Positions 24,950 to 39,144 of a stretch of 64,000 nt of DNA are shown here, piece by piece. The stretch is from Eledone cirrhosa (Eukaryota), in NCBI GenBank assembly GCA_964016885.1, contig OZ024747.1, positions 61,938,001-62,002,000 of the forward strand, read 5' to 3'. The position numbers and the translations under genes were made by a program. How positions within the stretch are numbered: the stretch's first letter is position 1; each line of letters starts with the position of its first letter. The notes below the pieces were generated by a model. That model had not been told where the DNA came from and made no database searches. It saw nothing but the letters and a program-made list of their open reading frames with translations.

Positions 24950-25610
24950 TTAAAGTCCTGTACCTCATGAAAACATTAGCAAAGCATTCTTGAAAAATAC
25001 AAAACAGCATCATGGCTGTATCACATGAAAAATGTGTCTTTAATACTGTAAATTTTCACACTGATCAGTTGAGTACTAAAGATACTATCAACAAGGGTAT
25101 TAATCAGCCACATGAGACCACACTAAAAGGACATTCTTGAAAGAATACAAGACAGCATTATGACTGTGTCACATGAACAATTTGTGCAATGATCAGTCGA
25201 GTAACAAAGATACTATCAACATTTGAATTAATACGCCACTTGAGATCACACTAAAAGGACATCCTTGACAAATACAAAACAGCATTATGATTACATCTCA
25301 TTAAAAATTAAAGTCTTTACTCAAGTTTACTGCAAAGTTCATGATTTATACATAAGTAAATATACTATAAACATTTGAAATAACAAACTACATGAAACCA
25401 CATGAACAAGATATCCATAAAAAGCAAAAATAAAAAAACAACCTTATGATTACATCACATGAAAAATTGAAGTCTTTACTGTAAATTTTCACAATGACCT
25501 GTCCACTCAAAGATATCATTAGCTTTTAAATTAACAAAGCAGATGAAACCACATTAGCAAGGTATTCTAGGACAGTACAATACAGCACTGTGACTGCATT
25601 AAAAAAACCA
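24950..25610. repeat. About five diverged tandem ~125-bp units
   Basis: Recurrent AAAGATACTATCAAC, CCACATGAGACCACA, ATTCTTGA..AATACAA.ACAGCA and TCACATGAA motifs; relatives at 39660-39760 and 40150-40440. Confidence 0.7.
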
Positions 25611-25620
25611 AAGTTTTTAA

Positions 25621-25800
25621 CCCATTAGCATTTACATTATATATACTGTTGTATTTTTGAGTAAAGGCTATATCTTACATAATTATCTCACATAATATTG
25701 AATCTTCAAGATTTTGATGTTATTTTGAGAACAATACCTTAATGTCAGTATGAGCAGCCAGTTATGGCCAGTTTGAACAGAAAGAAGTGGGAGAATAGGT
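25621..25800. mobile_element. piggyBac-like MITE, degenerate
   Basis: TTAACCCATTAGCATTTACATTA start; body homologous to 17471-17690. Confidence 0.7.
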
Positions 25801-25929
25801 TAAGCATATTATTTGAGACATTAAAAAGCAGTAGCTAGTTATTAGTAAAAGAGTCAACTAGACTGGTATAATACAAGTTTATCATCATCATCATCACCAC
25901 AATTATCACAATCATTATAAACATCATCA

Positions 25930-26140
25930 TAACAATTTCTGATTTAGGTACAAGGCCAGTAATTTTAGGGGAAGGGATAAGCCAATTATATCAACCTCAG
26001 TATGTAACTGGTACTTTATTTTACTGACATCAGGAAGATAAAAGGCAAATTTGACTTTGGCAGGATTTGACTTAGAACGTAAAGAGCCATAAGTAAAGAC
26101 TGTAAAACAGGTTGTCAGATGCTCTACCAATTCTGCCACT
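25930..26140 (-). mobile_element. SINE family A
   Basis: Same diagnostic motifs in reverse orientation. Confidence 0.75.
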
Positions 26141-26377
26141 AGCACAATAACAACAATTATAACAATCATTCATGTTTTTTCTTACCTAAAAAGAAAACAT
26201 TTTGCAACAGCAATAATAGATTCAAACTTTCTCTACAATTCTACTAGCCCCCCCCCCCCCCCCCCCCCCAACCTACTAGCCCACACCACCCCACCCCTTG
26301 TACTCATTATCAAACCAATTCTATAATTAATAAAATTTTGAGTAAACAATGAGAGTAGACAAAAGAACTAAAGAGAA

Positions 26378-26578
26378 TATATACATACACTTATACACAC
26401 ACATATATATACACACTCACATACATACACTCACACACACATATATATATATATATATACATTTATACATGTACACACATATACATATATATACACATAC
26501 ATATACATATGTATATGCACACATAAATATATATATACACATACATATACATATATATATGCATATGTACATTTACAC

Positions 26579-26609
<31 letters not shown>

Positions 26610-26676
26610 CATACGTATATATATATATATATATACATATGTACATATGTATGTGTATGTACATGTGTACATATGT

Positions 26677-26709
<33 letters not shown>

Positions 26710-27125
26710 AATATGTACACATATACATATACATATGTACACATATACATACATATATACATATGTACACATATACATATGTACACATATACATATGTAC
26801 ACATATACATACATATATATATATATATACATATGTACACATATACATATATATATATATACATACATATGTATGTACACATACATATATATATATACAT
26901 ATATATATATACATATGTACATATATACATATACATATGTACATATATACATACATATGTACACATATACATACATATATACATATGTACACATATACAT
27001 ACATATATACATATACATATGTACACATATACATATATATATATGTATATATACATATATATGTATACATATGTACAAGTACACAGATACATATATATAT
27101 ATATATATATACATATGTACATGAT

Positions 27126-27156
<31 letters not shown>

Positions 27157-27225
27157 CATATGTAGACACCTATACATACACATACATACACACACGCACA
27201 CATACACACACACACACATGTATAT
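26378..27225. repeat. TA/CA compound microsatellite with recurring CATATGTACA motif
   Basis: Direct reading. Confidence 0.95.
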
Positions 27226-27349
27226 CAAAGAATTAAAAGAAAAAAGAATAAAGAAAAAGCCAAAAACCAACAAATAGTAAAATAAAATCAATATAGAATA
27301 AAAAGCAGGAACAAGACATTTGTAGATGTTGAGTTTTTATATTGTAGTG

Positions 27350-27517
27350 TTTGGAGACACTGGAGAGGCTGGTTTGGAGACATTGGAGAGGCTGGTTTGG
27401 AGACATTGGAGAGGCTGGTTTGGAGACATTGGAGAGGCTGGTTTGGAGACATTGGAGAGGCTGGTTTGGAGACATTGGAGAGGCTGGTTTGGAGACATTG
27501 GCGAGGCTGGTTTGGAA
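27350..27517. repeat. 23-bp minisatellite TTTGGAGACATTGGAGAGGCTGG, ~7 units
   Basis: Near-perfect tandem copies. Confidence 0.95.
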
Positions 27518-27562
27518 ATATGTGAAACTTTGAATATAGTTGTTTTGTAACAATAGTATCAC

Positions 27563-27950
27563 TGAGGGAGAGAGGTAGAGAGGAGGGCTAGGGGGGTAGA
27601 GAGAGAGGGGGAGGTTTAGAGAGGGGAGAGGAGGGTAGAGAGAGAGAAGAGGTAGAGAGAGAGAGGTGCAGAGAAAGAGGTGCAGATAGAGAGGTGCAGA
27701 GAGAGGGGAAGAGAGTGTGGGTGTAAGGGTGAGAGGGAGATGGGCCTATGAGAAAGAGAGAGAGGGTGTATGAGAAAGAAAGAAATACACAGACACAGAA
27801 CATAGAAGTTATGTAACAAGAGATACGAGGAGAGAGAGAGATGACGGAAGAGAGAGAGAGATGAGGGAAGAGAGAGAGAGAGAGAGATGAGGGAAGAGAG
27901 AGAGATGAGGGAAGAGAGAGAGAGATGAGGGAAGAGATACGAGATGAAAA
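27563..27950. repeat. (GA)-rich purine tract
   Basis: Direct reading. Confidence 0.85.
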
Positions 27951-28104
27951 ATGAAACGGCAATGTTGTACATCAATAGAGAAGAGAAGAGAAATGTTTGG
28001 CAAGAAATGAAAAATCAGAGAAAAAAATATTTTGATTGTCTTTGAGAAGAACTGACCAAAGTTGATTGTTTTGTTGGAATTGGAGAGGATTAACTTCTAG
28101 AACA

Positions 28105-28399
28105 TGTTGTTGTTGTTGCAATGGTGGTGGTGGTGTAGTGGTGGTTGTTGTGGTGGTGATGGTGTGGTGGTTGTGGTGTGGTGGTGATGGTGTGGTGGTT
28201 GTGGTATGGTGGTGGTTGTTGTTGTGATGGTGGTGGTGGTGTGGTGGTGGTGGTGGTGTGGTGGTGGTTGTGCTGTGGTGGTGATGGTGTGGTGGTTGTT
28301 GTTGTGATGGTGGTGGTGTGGAGGTTGTGGTGGTGGTGTGGAGATTGTGGTGGTGGTTGTTGTTGTGGTGGTGGTGTAAAAACAATAGTAAAACAGTAG

Positions 28400-28447
<48 letters not shown>

Positions 28448-28493
28448 TCATTAGGTATGTGTGTGTGTATGTGTGAAAGAACATTACTTTCTA

Positions 28494-28530
<37 letters not shown>
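28105..28530. repeat. (GGT/GTT)n, (GT)n and (GA)n microsatellites
   Basis: Direct reading. Confidence 0.9.
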
Positions 28531-28532
<2 letters not shown>

Positions 28533-30377
28533 ATTAGTTTGTGTTAGTATATGTGTGTGCGTGAATGTGTGAAAGAACATTAGTTATCTCTGTGTGTAAG
28601 TGTGAGTGTAAGAACATTAGTTATCTGTGTGGATGTATGTTTGTAAGTGTGTATGAACATTAGTTGTGCGTGTGTGAGGGACAGAGAGAGAGAGAATAGT
28701 TGTGTTTGTGTGAGAACATACTGTGTGTGTGTTTTTGTCATGAATTCGATTTCAAAATATATAATTCAAAATACATATATAGATATATTGCACAAATACA
28801 CATATGCACACACATATGCACATAAAGATACACATTCATACACGGAGTCACACATATGAACACAGAGTCGTACACGCACACACAGTTGTACATGCACAAC
28901 AAGTCACACACAAACACTCAAACGTAACAACCAAATTCCATCCAGACATTAAAATAGGAAGGGCATGTTCTAAAAACTGCCCCATTATGAAGAGATAGTG
29001 GAGAGGACTAAAATTTACCAAAGGAATGTTTAATCAATTATTTCTGTAGCAATGGTCTATTGCAATAAACAGATAAACAGAGATAGTAACATTGATTTAC
29101 ATTGAAATATTAGTTTAACGCTTTAATAACCATATTTTTAATTAAATACATCATCATCATTTAACCTCTTCATGGCCACTTTTCTTATGAAATACACTCC
29201 ATTTCAATTAATTAATGAAGAATTTCGAGGGCTTTACTAAAATGAGTAATTATTTCATTACTAAGATAGTAACTTGATGTAAGTTTCTTATATAAAATTA
29301 TGCTGGAAGATTTTTATTTAAATTAGAAACCTTTAAAATGGGTGGTTTTATTTTGTAGAACCAGAGCCGGTTTTGGCCAGGTTGGTAACTAAATGGTTAA
29401 AGTTCATTTTCCTGCTAACAATAATTGGACATGTCGTCACAGACTAGACCAATACTCAAGTGGAGCTATTGACTATTCAGACAGACAAAAAAATTAAATT
29501 TACAACCCACCATTGCTAACAGGGGAGATGGACGTTAAATGATGATGATGATGACAATTATGCAAGTTTAGTTGGCCTCCTACAGGGTTTTATTCATTAG
29601 ATTTTTTGTTTTAATGATAGCCCCTCCCCGGCCTGCCATGGAAAGCAATGTGAAATAAAGTGAATCAAAAACTAACCACTATGCAATGCATCCTCACTTG
29701 TTTCAATTAATTGTGAAAATAATGAAGAAGTCAGTAACATAACTAGCTTTTTCATTATTATGTCGATGTTTAATAACATAACTGAAAGAAAGATTTGTAT
29801 TGTTGAACCAGAAGCAGTCTTAGATGGCTTAGTATGAAAAGGGTTAACATGGTTTAATTAATGTGGTTAAAGGTATCATTAATGTATGTTTCATTTTCAT
29901 GGATGAACGCATCAAAATGTCCATGCATTGATGGTTATAGGAGCAGTCATTGCTTTTATTGACTGTGTAATTACATTGAGTTCCATGCACTGTTAGCCAC
30001 TGTAGAGTAGCATGGTATCAAATAGGATTACCACTGAAACTAGTCAAGCTGATAAAGTCTTCATTATTCCAGCAGATTGACCAAAGTCAGATCAAAAAGA
30101 AGGGAGAGTGAGAGAGAGAAATATCTGTGCCAGAAACTGGTGTTCACTAGGATTGTGCATCTTCGTCATGCCTGATTAATTATGTAATCAATTGGGAAGT
30201 GTCCATTACACTTTCTTTAGAAATAATACACAGATCTTGATGATGTTCTACTGGGTTCATCTCACACTGATCTCCAGATCACGTTGGATATACATGTGGA
30301 GGCTTTTAGTTGGATCAGTCAGAAAGTCAATGCAGCCAAAATTTAACCCTTTTGATACCAAACGGATCCTTGTTTTC

Positions 30378-30765
30378 ATCATCATCGATCAACATCCATT
30401 TTCCAAGCTAGCATGGGTTAGACAAGTTGTCCCGTTGTGAAACAGCCAGGTTGGAGGACTGTGTTTTGCTCACACAGAACTGATTTTGACTTGGTTTCTA
30501 CAGCCCTTCCTAACGCCAACCACATTTACAGTGTGTACTGGGTGCTTTTTGTCGTGATACCTACACGACTATATTACAGTGTGGACCAGGCACTTTTTGT
30601 CGTGACACCTGCATGACCACTTTACAATGTGTACAGGGTGCTTTTTATTGTGACTCCTACATGACCACTTTACAGTGTGAGCTGGGCACTTTTTGTTGTG
30701 TCATCAACCTGACCACTTTAGAGTGTGATCTGCGTGCTTTTTATTGTGACACCTAACAACCACTA
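30378..30765 (-). mobile_element. RTE/SINE-B 3' tail with ~5 internal ~50-bp repeats, inserted in a TTAA MITE (30347-30984)
   Basis: (CAT)n, CCAAGCTAGCATGGGTTAGAC, CCCTTCCTAACGCCAACC, then repeated ACCACTTTACAGTGTG..GGGTGCTTTTT. Outer TTAACCCTTTTGATACC ... GGTAATGAAAGGGTTAA. Confidence 0.7.
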
Positions 30766-32121
30766 TGTTACAAAACCGTTTGCTTTAAAATGTTTATATT
30801 TATCTAAACCTCTTCCATCATAATTATATGTAGGAACCTTTGTTAGGTAAAACTTCAAACAGCAGCTTAATGAGAAATTTAGTTATGTCACTAAATCTCT
30901 CCAAATCTCTTGATTATTTAAAAATTTAATTGAAAATCATAGGCAGTGTTTGTTAATTTTATTCGAATTATGGTAATGAAAGGGTTAAGGTATTTTCAGC
31001 TGACTTTCAACAATAAAAGGTAGAGATTTTTTTGCTACTAACTGGTTAAAACCAGAAACCAGCCTTGATTTTATAGTACAAAACTGGTTTAATGTGTTTA
31101 TATTTATCTAAAAACATTCTATCATAATTTTATGTAAATACTTTTGTTAAGTCACATTCCAAACACTAGATAAATTATGAGAAATTTATGCTTTGAACAC
31201 CAGTTTTATAATGAGAAAGTTATATCACTAAATTCCTTCATATTCTTGATTATTTTCAAAATCATTTGAAAAATCATAGGCAGTGCCTTTTGTTAAAAAT
31301 ATGGTAATGAAAGGGTTAACCCAAGAGAGGATGTCTTTGACAAACTGTTAATCTATACAAACTATTCTCAAAATCCATACAAAGAGGCAAATGTTCAAGT
31401 ATGCACCATTCTTATTGCATTCTATGAAAATTGGTCCCTAAGAACTGAAGCCTTCCATTGTTTATTGTTGATAACAGAATACACGAAGAGAATATTGTTT
31501 GATTAGCCCTTCCAGGACTAATGAAATACATTGTTTCAATTAATTAATGAAGAATTTTGAAGAATTTTACTAAAAATATTAAATTATTTCATTATGTTAA
31601 GATAGCATGGTTGTTATAAAAAAAAAAATCATGTTGGAAAATTTTAATTTAAATAGGAACACTTCATTAGAAATATGGTAACAAAATCAGCACTGGTTCT
31701 AACGAAAGAAAAATCACCTATTTTAAACAAGTTCCTATTTAAATTAAAATCTTTCAACATAATCTATATTGTAAAAGAGAAACATTTTTCCCTCTGTTTG
31801 TTCATCAACATATGTATAAGAAAGAAAAAGGGGAGGAGTGAAGAGTTGTTGGGAGAGAAACAGTGAGAAAGAGAGAGTGTGTATGTGAAAGATAGGTGAA
31901 TTGTTTAAGACGTGAGAATGATAGTGATGACAGACTTTAAAAAAAGACTTTCACTATAATGACAGGTTGTTGTTGCTGTTGTTGAGAGGGGAATACAGTG
32001 AGAGAAAGTGAGTGTGTGTGTGTGTGTATTCAACATATAGATATGGTAACACAGACTTCAAAAAATGACCATGACATTTGTCTATCAGATGTTCATGTGT
32101 GTGTACACAGCAACACATATA

Positions 32122-32284
32122 TATCAGATAGGATGTGGTAAAAAACAGCTAGACCATAACCCACCAGAGTACTCGATACTTGGAGTAGTAGAGTGGGTAA
32201 TATGAAAAGATTCAGGACCCCGACGGCTGAGCTCCAGCTGTCGAAACAGCCGGAGCTCAGCCATCGGGGCTGAATCTTTTCATA
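32122..32284. mobile_element. Unclassified hairpin-ended short element, copy 2 (inverted relative to copies 1 and 3)
   Basis: About 85-bp palindrome at 32201-32284, TATGAAAAGATTCAG...CTGAATCTTTTCATA; TA repeats on both sides. Confidence 0.75.
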
Positions 32285-35279
32285 TATATAATACATATAG
32301 TTACTTTTCTGGTTGCTTGTGTGTGTATGTGTGTGTATTTTAACCAGCAGCGGCAGCATAGTGACAGGTTTTTACTAGTTTTATATAAGAACCACATGTT
32401 AAGTTACTATCATAGTAATGAAATAATAGTTTTAGTAAATCTCTCAAAATTCATTAGTTAATTAAAATAGAACTTTTTAGTATGGTATGGTCCCATAACT
32501 CCTGATAGAGTCATAGGGACACTGTATTGACATACAGCATTTCCTGGGCATTTTATGCCAGGTCCAAGTATAGCCAATTTCTTCCAGAGAAGGATAGAAA
32601 GTGAGAGAGAGAAAGTGAGAGAGAGAAAGTGAGAAAGAAATATAGAGGAAGAATCGAACCCAGTACTAGACTGGTACTTTTTTTTTTTATCGACCTCGAA
32701 AGGATCAAAAGCAAAGTTGAGCTCAGCAAGATTTAAACTTAATGGGCAGAGAGCTGGAACGAATACTATATTCTATCTGACGTTCTAATCACCTCCGATT
32801 TGCCTCCTTGAAAAAGAGTGTATTTCATTAGAAATGCAGCTATGAAAGGTTTCAGAGATGCAATCTCTAATTAAGATTTGAAACTTTTCATATAGCAGGA
32901 TTATTCTTTAACTCTTTTCATAGCAAATTGCCTGAAACCCTCCTTGGTGCTATGATACAGTACTGTTTGATTCCTAACAAAATCTTCCATCATAATTTTA
33001 TGTAAGAACCTTTGTTAAATTATGTTCCAAACACCAGCTTAATAATAAGAAAGTTGGTTATATTACTAAATCCCTTTAAATTTCTAATTATTTTCAAAAT
33101 TATGTGTAAATCATCTTTCATTAGAAATATGCTAATAAAAAGCTTAACCCTCCTACAGTAAGTCACTCATCTGAGAAGTAGGAGTGAAATTAGTTAAGTT
33201 GTGTGGTTTACTAAAGACCACATTATAATTGCTGAAGTAAAGACTGAACTCATAACTATATGATCAGCAATTATTTCAACACCTTAAACTCACATTAACT
33301 TATTGAATATCATCCAGTTGTATGATGGTATCTAAGCCAAGTGTTATTTCTAAACATTTAATTTGATAGGAGAGGCCAATAAACAATTCGCCTGGAAAAA
33401 GTTTGGCAGCCATATTGAACAGAACAATAATGTTACAATACACCTTGCTAGAGAATCACCTCTAACTTTACTGTTTTAACAACTAACAAATAGAAACACA
33501 GCCTGAAGCTGTCCACTGGTTTCTCTACTGAAGTTTCAGCTTTATTGTGCTCTCAATATTTATCAAGATCATTCCAGAATTAGTTGCTTCACTGATTTAA
33601 CAATTTCACTTGGTCTTTTAAACTGGTTTATATATTCAAACAGAAGGCTTGCTACTTTGATGATAAGTTTGTCATATTGCTTCTTAAATAACTTATGTGA
33701 ATGGCCTCCCACTGTTGGTCATTGAAACAATTCTATACTATTGGCTTGTGTTCAAAGGTTAAGCCATTCTTAGAATAGTGGAGGTCTGTTTATCTCCCAT
33801 CTCTTGTAGACTTTGGAAGACATCTTGGAAAACAAACCTGATGATAATCTAGTATTCTATAGTATAGAACACTATAATAATGGAAGTTCTTTGTCTTTTG
33901 TCTCTTTCAAAAGGTTAATTTCATAGGTTAACATTAGTGATGATTTGTTTGAGGAAGTTAATTCGCAAAAGACTAGTATCCTATCCAAGAAAAAAAAATT
34001 AAATTTACAGCTCACACCTATGCAGGTTTAACTGGTCTTCTATGAAGTTGCATCTCATAGGAGATTTCTCAGGGGTCACTGTGCTATCATGAAAAGCAGC
34101 ATGAAATGAATCATCTGGCTTCAAAACACAATACACCACCTGATCAAGGAATTGAACTCATAGCATTATGATTTGTCAGTCTAGCACAAAACCACTAGGC
34201 TATGAGACTTCAAATCCTATCCACGAAGGTATACACTATCATCAGATCTAGAAAGCAAAGACAGGCTGCATTTGTGAGTTATAATCAAATCAAGAAAGAC
34301 GCCATTGGTGATTATAAAACCTGTTATGGGGACCACAAGGCTTACACCTTTAGTTGTTGTTAATCAAATCATTCAATAATTTAAATTCAATATTTAACCC
34401 TTTTATGACCATATTTGTAATGAAATACATCACCATCTTCCTTTAATGTCTATTATCCCTGCTAGCAATGGTTGGTTACTGTGTGTTGATTAATTAATGA
34501 AGAATTTGGAAAGATTTAATAAAACCATGTTACAAATACCATCTTAATGATGAATTGATATAACATAAAAGGTTCTTCTAACAAATAATATTGAAAGGTT
34601 TTAATTTGTATTGTAAACCTTTGAAATGGGTGGTTTTGTTTCATAGGACCAGAAGCAGTTTTGAACAGACTGGTATTAACCCTTTTGATACCAACCTGTC
34701 CAAAACTGCCCTTCTTTCTTTCTATGAAACAAACATTCTAAAGTGTGCCTACTTAAATTAAAACAGTTTAACATACTTTTATAAGGAATCATTGTTATAT
34801 AACAAATATAATCTTAATGAAATTATAATTTTACTAAATCTTTTCCAAATTCATTATTAGTTAAATAAATTATAAAGTATTTCATTAGAAATATGGTAAG
34901 GAAGAGAAGGTAATTTATAGTATAAAATAAATTTAGAAGAAAGAATAAAAGCAATGCCCACCCCACCCCAAATAAATAAATAAATATCAATGCTGGAAGT
35001 TTAATGGAAATGTAAAGATATTTGGATTGAAGTTCCACCTAGGATGGTGTTATCTACATTGCAAAGAGGAGGAACACTGAATGAGACAAGCATTAATGAA
35101 TGAATGGGTGAGATAAGGAAGAATGAATGAATGAGTGAGTGAGATAAGGAAGAATGATTGAATGAAGCAAGAACGAGTGAATGAAATAAGAATGAATAAA
35201 ATAAGAATGAATAAAATAAGAATGAATAAAATAAGAATTTAAAATGGAAAAAAAAAAAATATATATAAAGCGAACTCAC

Positions 35280-35366
35280 CTGACGTGAGACAGATGGCTT
35301 CTCCAAGTTTTGTAAAATGATCAAATAAGATGCTGCAGTTTGTAATCTGCCACTGGCTAAACAATC
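35280..35366 (-). CDS. RIC1: RIC1 internal exon, 87 bp
   Basis: ttggcag|GAT...CAG|gtgagt. Encodes [29 protein letters not shown], matching recalled human RIC1 [29 protein letters not shown]; phase 0-0. Confidence 0.95.
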
Positions 35367-35854
35367 CTGCCAATAAAAGAGAAAAACATGGATAAAAGCA
35401 CACCCACAAATGCACAATAAAAACAGTATTTGTAATCTTAACTCAGCAGTTGGTCATTAAAGATTTACAAAAATTGACAAAGCCTAAAGGAACATTTTAT
35501 ATGGAAGTAAAAGACAAGAAACTATTTCACAGAGTTTTGCATATATTCAGCATTACTGCAGGTACTACTGCTGTTTCTTTTCTAATGTTTCTCACCTCTA
35601 GATATGCTGTTAAAATGATTCCACACATAAAACATTAATACAGGTCTGATATAGCTGAAAGGTTAGCTGCTGGTTACCCAGTTACTAGGTATACTCTTCT
35701 AGAAGTTACAGCTTTTTCTCATGAAAATACAATATAACATGAAAAGTAAACATGCAGCCCATCTAATGAACATATAGAACATCAGCTTATTAATCACAAA
35801 GAAACATATTAATGGCATGTTTGCAAACGGGCAGCATTTCAAACATTTAATGTT

Positions 35855-36015
35855 GGATAGCTGCAGGTGTGAGCTTCACGAACTGGCGGTGGTTCTTCCA
35901 ACATGTCTCCCTCACCATCCTCCAGGGAAACGCCTTCTCTATTCTGTCTGCCAGGGCCATGGGGGCAGCCAGCACATGGGCTCCCATTTGCTTGTAATCG
36001 TGAGAGATAGGGAGA
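35855..36015 (+). mobile_element. CRE-like (RLE) non-LTR retrotransposon 3' fragment
   Basis: Encodes WFFQHVSLTILQGNAFSILSA; homologous to 61545-61695. Confidence 0.65.
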
Positions 36016-36543
36016 GCCAATCCTACACACTCACGCATCCATGACATAAAAAGGAATAGGTCACCCTTAGATTCACATCTCTGTATAAAATAGAAATAAA
36101 AGAGATGTGTGCCAATAACAAATCAGTCTATGAAACTACTAATTCCTTGAAATTCCATTAAAGCTGTGAAGTATATATATATATATATATATATATGCGC
36201 GCGTGCGTGCGTGCATGTGTGTGTGTGTACGCATATATGTAAGTAAAAGTAATAACAAAAATATCCAAATAAACGGCACAGTACCTGGAAGAAATATATT
36301 AGTTTAATGCTTGAAATAGCAGAAAGAGAGTCTTAATGTTTCAGACACTAGTCTTTCATCATATATATACTAGGGTTGAGTGAAGAGCCTATAACTCTGT
36401 AGTTTCTCCTGTATAATTACAGTTCAAACAAAGCTAATCTCACTAATAATCACTTCACTGTCTTCAAATATAAAAACATAGATTTCTTTTACATATTTGT
36501 CTTTGTAATCTAATTTTTTTTGCTACATTTTTAAATGCGTGTC

Positions 36544-36626
<83 letters not shown>

Positions 36627-37175
36627 TGGTAGCTAAGATGCTTCCAGAGGCGGTATGCCGGTTGAGCACTCTATGCTCTTACAGAGCAGAGTATAGTACA
36701 ATAGAAAACAAAAAAAAATCACTGATGCATCTGAACTCAATTTATTGTGTGTTACAATTGTTTCGCCGGCGGACAGCTCGAGACGTGATCATTATGTGGA
36801 TCTGTCTGATTCTGGATCCGCAGGTTCGATGGACACGTCTAATGATTTCGGAGCATATTCTCTCACTGAAATTTTGCATCTAATAACTGCATATACACAT
36901 GTACAGATACAAAGCATGTACACATGCACACATACAACTCAAAACATACACATCCACACATACAATAACATCCATATCTACACATGCATTGTGAAATTAT
37001 AAAACCAGAACATATATATATATACATATATACATATATACACATACATATATATATATATACACACATACATATATATATACACACACATATATATATA
37101 CATACACATATATATATACATACACATACATATATATATATATACATACACATACATATATATATATACATACAT

Positions 37176-37214
<39 letters not shown>

Positions 37215-37385
37215 CACATGTATATATACATACACATACATATTTATATATATATACATACATCATCATCATCGTTTAACGTCTATCTTCCACGCTAGCA
37301 TGGGTTTAGACGTATATACATATATACATACATACATACATATATATTTACATACATACATATATATTTACATACATACATACAT

Positions 37386-37839
37386 GGTGGCTGCCAACTC
37401 GTTTTCGAGTACGGCCACTACTTTATATCCATATAGGAGAACCCCTACCGATGCGCTGAACGAGTGTGACTTTTTAGTCCAGCCAGCGACTTGAAAACTC
37501 TGGTACAAACACTACACCTGTGACAATTATTGACACATAGTGCAGGGCCCATGGTACCATGTGACGACAAGTGCAGAGAGATCTCCAGTTATAAAGCAAT
37601 GCTTGTGCCGTGAAGCTTTTATAGTGAGCAAAGGCACTGCACAAAGTCAGTCCCACTCTCTTAACCAAGATGATATTTACCAAAAAGAAGAACAAGTCAA
37701 CATCATTGGATACCATCAGGGTTGCAGGTGTTATATCAGAGTTTTCCTTCTCCTAGAATTCTGCCTTGACAGATGCTAAGGGGTCATCTCTCCCGGTGAT
37801 TTTGGATGTCCATTGACTCTTAAGAGCTCCTTTGCCCTT
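37386..37839 (-). mobile_element. Internally deleted (bipartite) RTE-derived element in (TACA)n
   Basis: 5' part has RTE 5'UTR-like CTAGGAGAAGGAAAACTCTGA; 3' part encodes C2H2 [22 protein letters not shown] then stop; (ATGT)n tail. Confidence 0.65.
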
Positions 37840-37951
37840 TACATACATACATATATATTTACATACATACATACATACATATATATTTACATACATACAT
37901 ACATACATATATATTTACATACATACATACATATATATACCTATATATACA

Positions 37952-38019
<68 letters not shown>

Positions 38020-38144
38020 AATATTTTACTTTGATAGATAATTTCAGCTTACATTAGGAAGTAAAGAAATGAGGGGAAAAACTAAGAAAAGTAATTTCCA
38101 ACAAAGTCTGGTTATTTGGAGACATTTACAACAGTAACTATGTC

Positions 38145-38750
38145 AAAACATACATACACATACATAGACATATACACACACATACATAGACATATACACA
38201 CATACATAGACATATAGATACATACACACACATACATAGACATATACATACATACACATTCTCTCTGATGTACAGGCACACTTTCTCCCTGTGACGTACA
38301 CAATCTCTCTCTCTGACGCACACACAGAAACACACACACACACTTTCTGATACACATGTACATACACACACACACACACACTTTCTGATACACATGTACA
38401 TACACATGTATATACACACACACACTTTCTGACACACGTGTACATACACATACACACATGTATATACACACACACACTTTCTGACACACATGTACATACA
38501 CACACACTTTTTGATACACATGTACATACACACACACTTTCTGATACACATGTACATACACACACATGTACAAACACACACTCTCTGACATACACATGTA
38601 CATACACACTCTGACACACACATGTACATACACTCTCTGACACACACATGTACATACACACACTCTGACACACACATGTACACAGAGACACACTGACACA
38701 CACATGTACATACGCACACTGCCACACACATATACACACAGACAGACACG
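38145..38750. repeat. CA-rich compound minisatellite (CTGACACACATGTACATACACAC-like)
   Basis: Direct reading. Confidence 0.9.
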
Positions 38751-38907
38751 ATGAAAATATGAAAAGAAAAAATGTAGAAACTGATAAAACAAATAAAACA
38801 AACAACTAGAAGAAAAAAAAATGTCTGCATAGAATTTAGAAAAAATTCTTCATAAGTTTAGAACTAAAAATGACCAAAACTTTGAAAATACTTTTATATT
38901 GTTAAAC

Positions 38908-38957
<50 letters not shown>

Positions 38958-39108
38958 TTTATATATACACACATTTATATATACACATACACACACATAT
39001 ATATGTATGTATTTACATACATGCATATAAAGCTATAAGCATAAATATATACAATTAGACATATGTATATACATAGAGACATGCGTATATATGTGTGTGT
39101 GTGTATAG

Positions 39109-39144
<36 letters not shown>

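Noticed and set aside
26349-27291. Many Y/I/H/T/C/V/M-rich ORFs here and at 14369-14665, 36863-39317 and 56656-58582
   Set aside because: Translations of TA/CA microsatellites.
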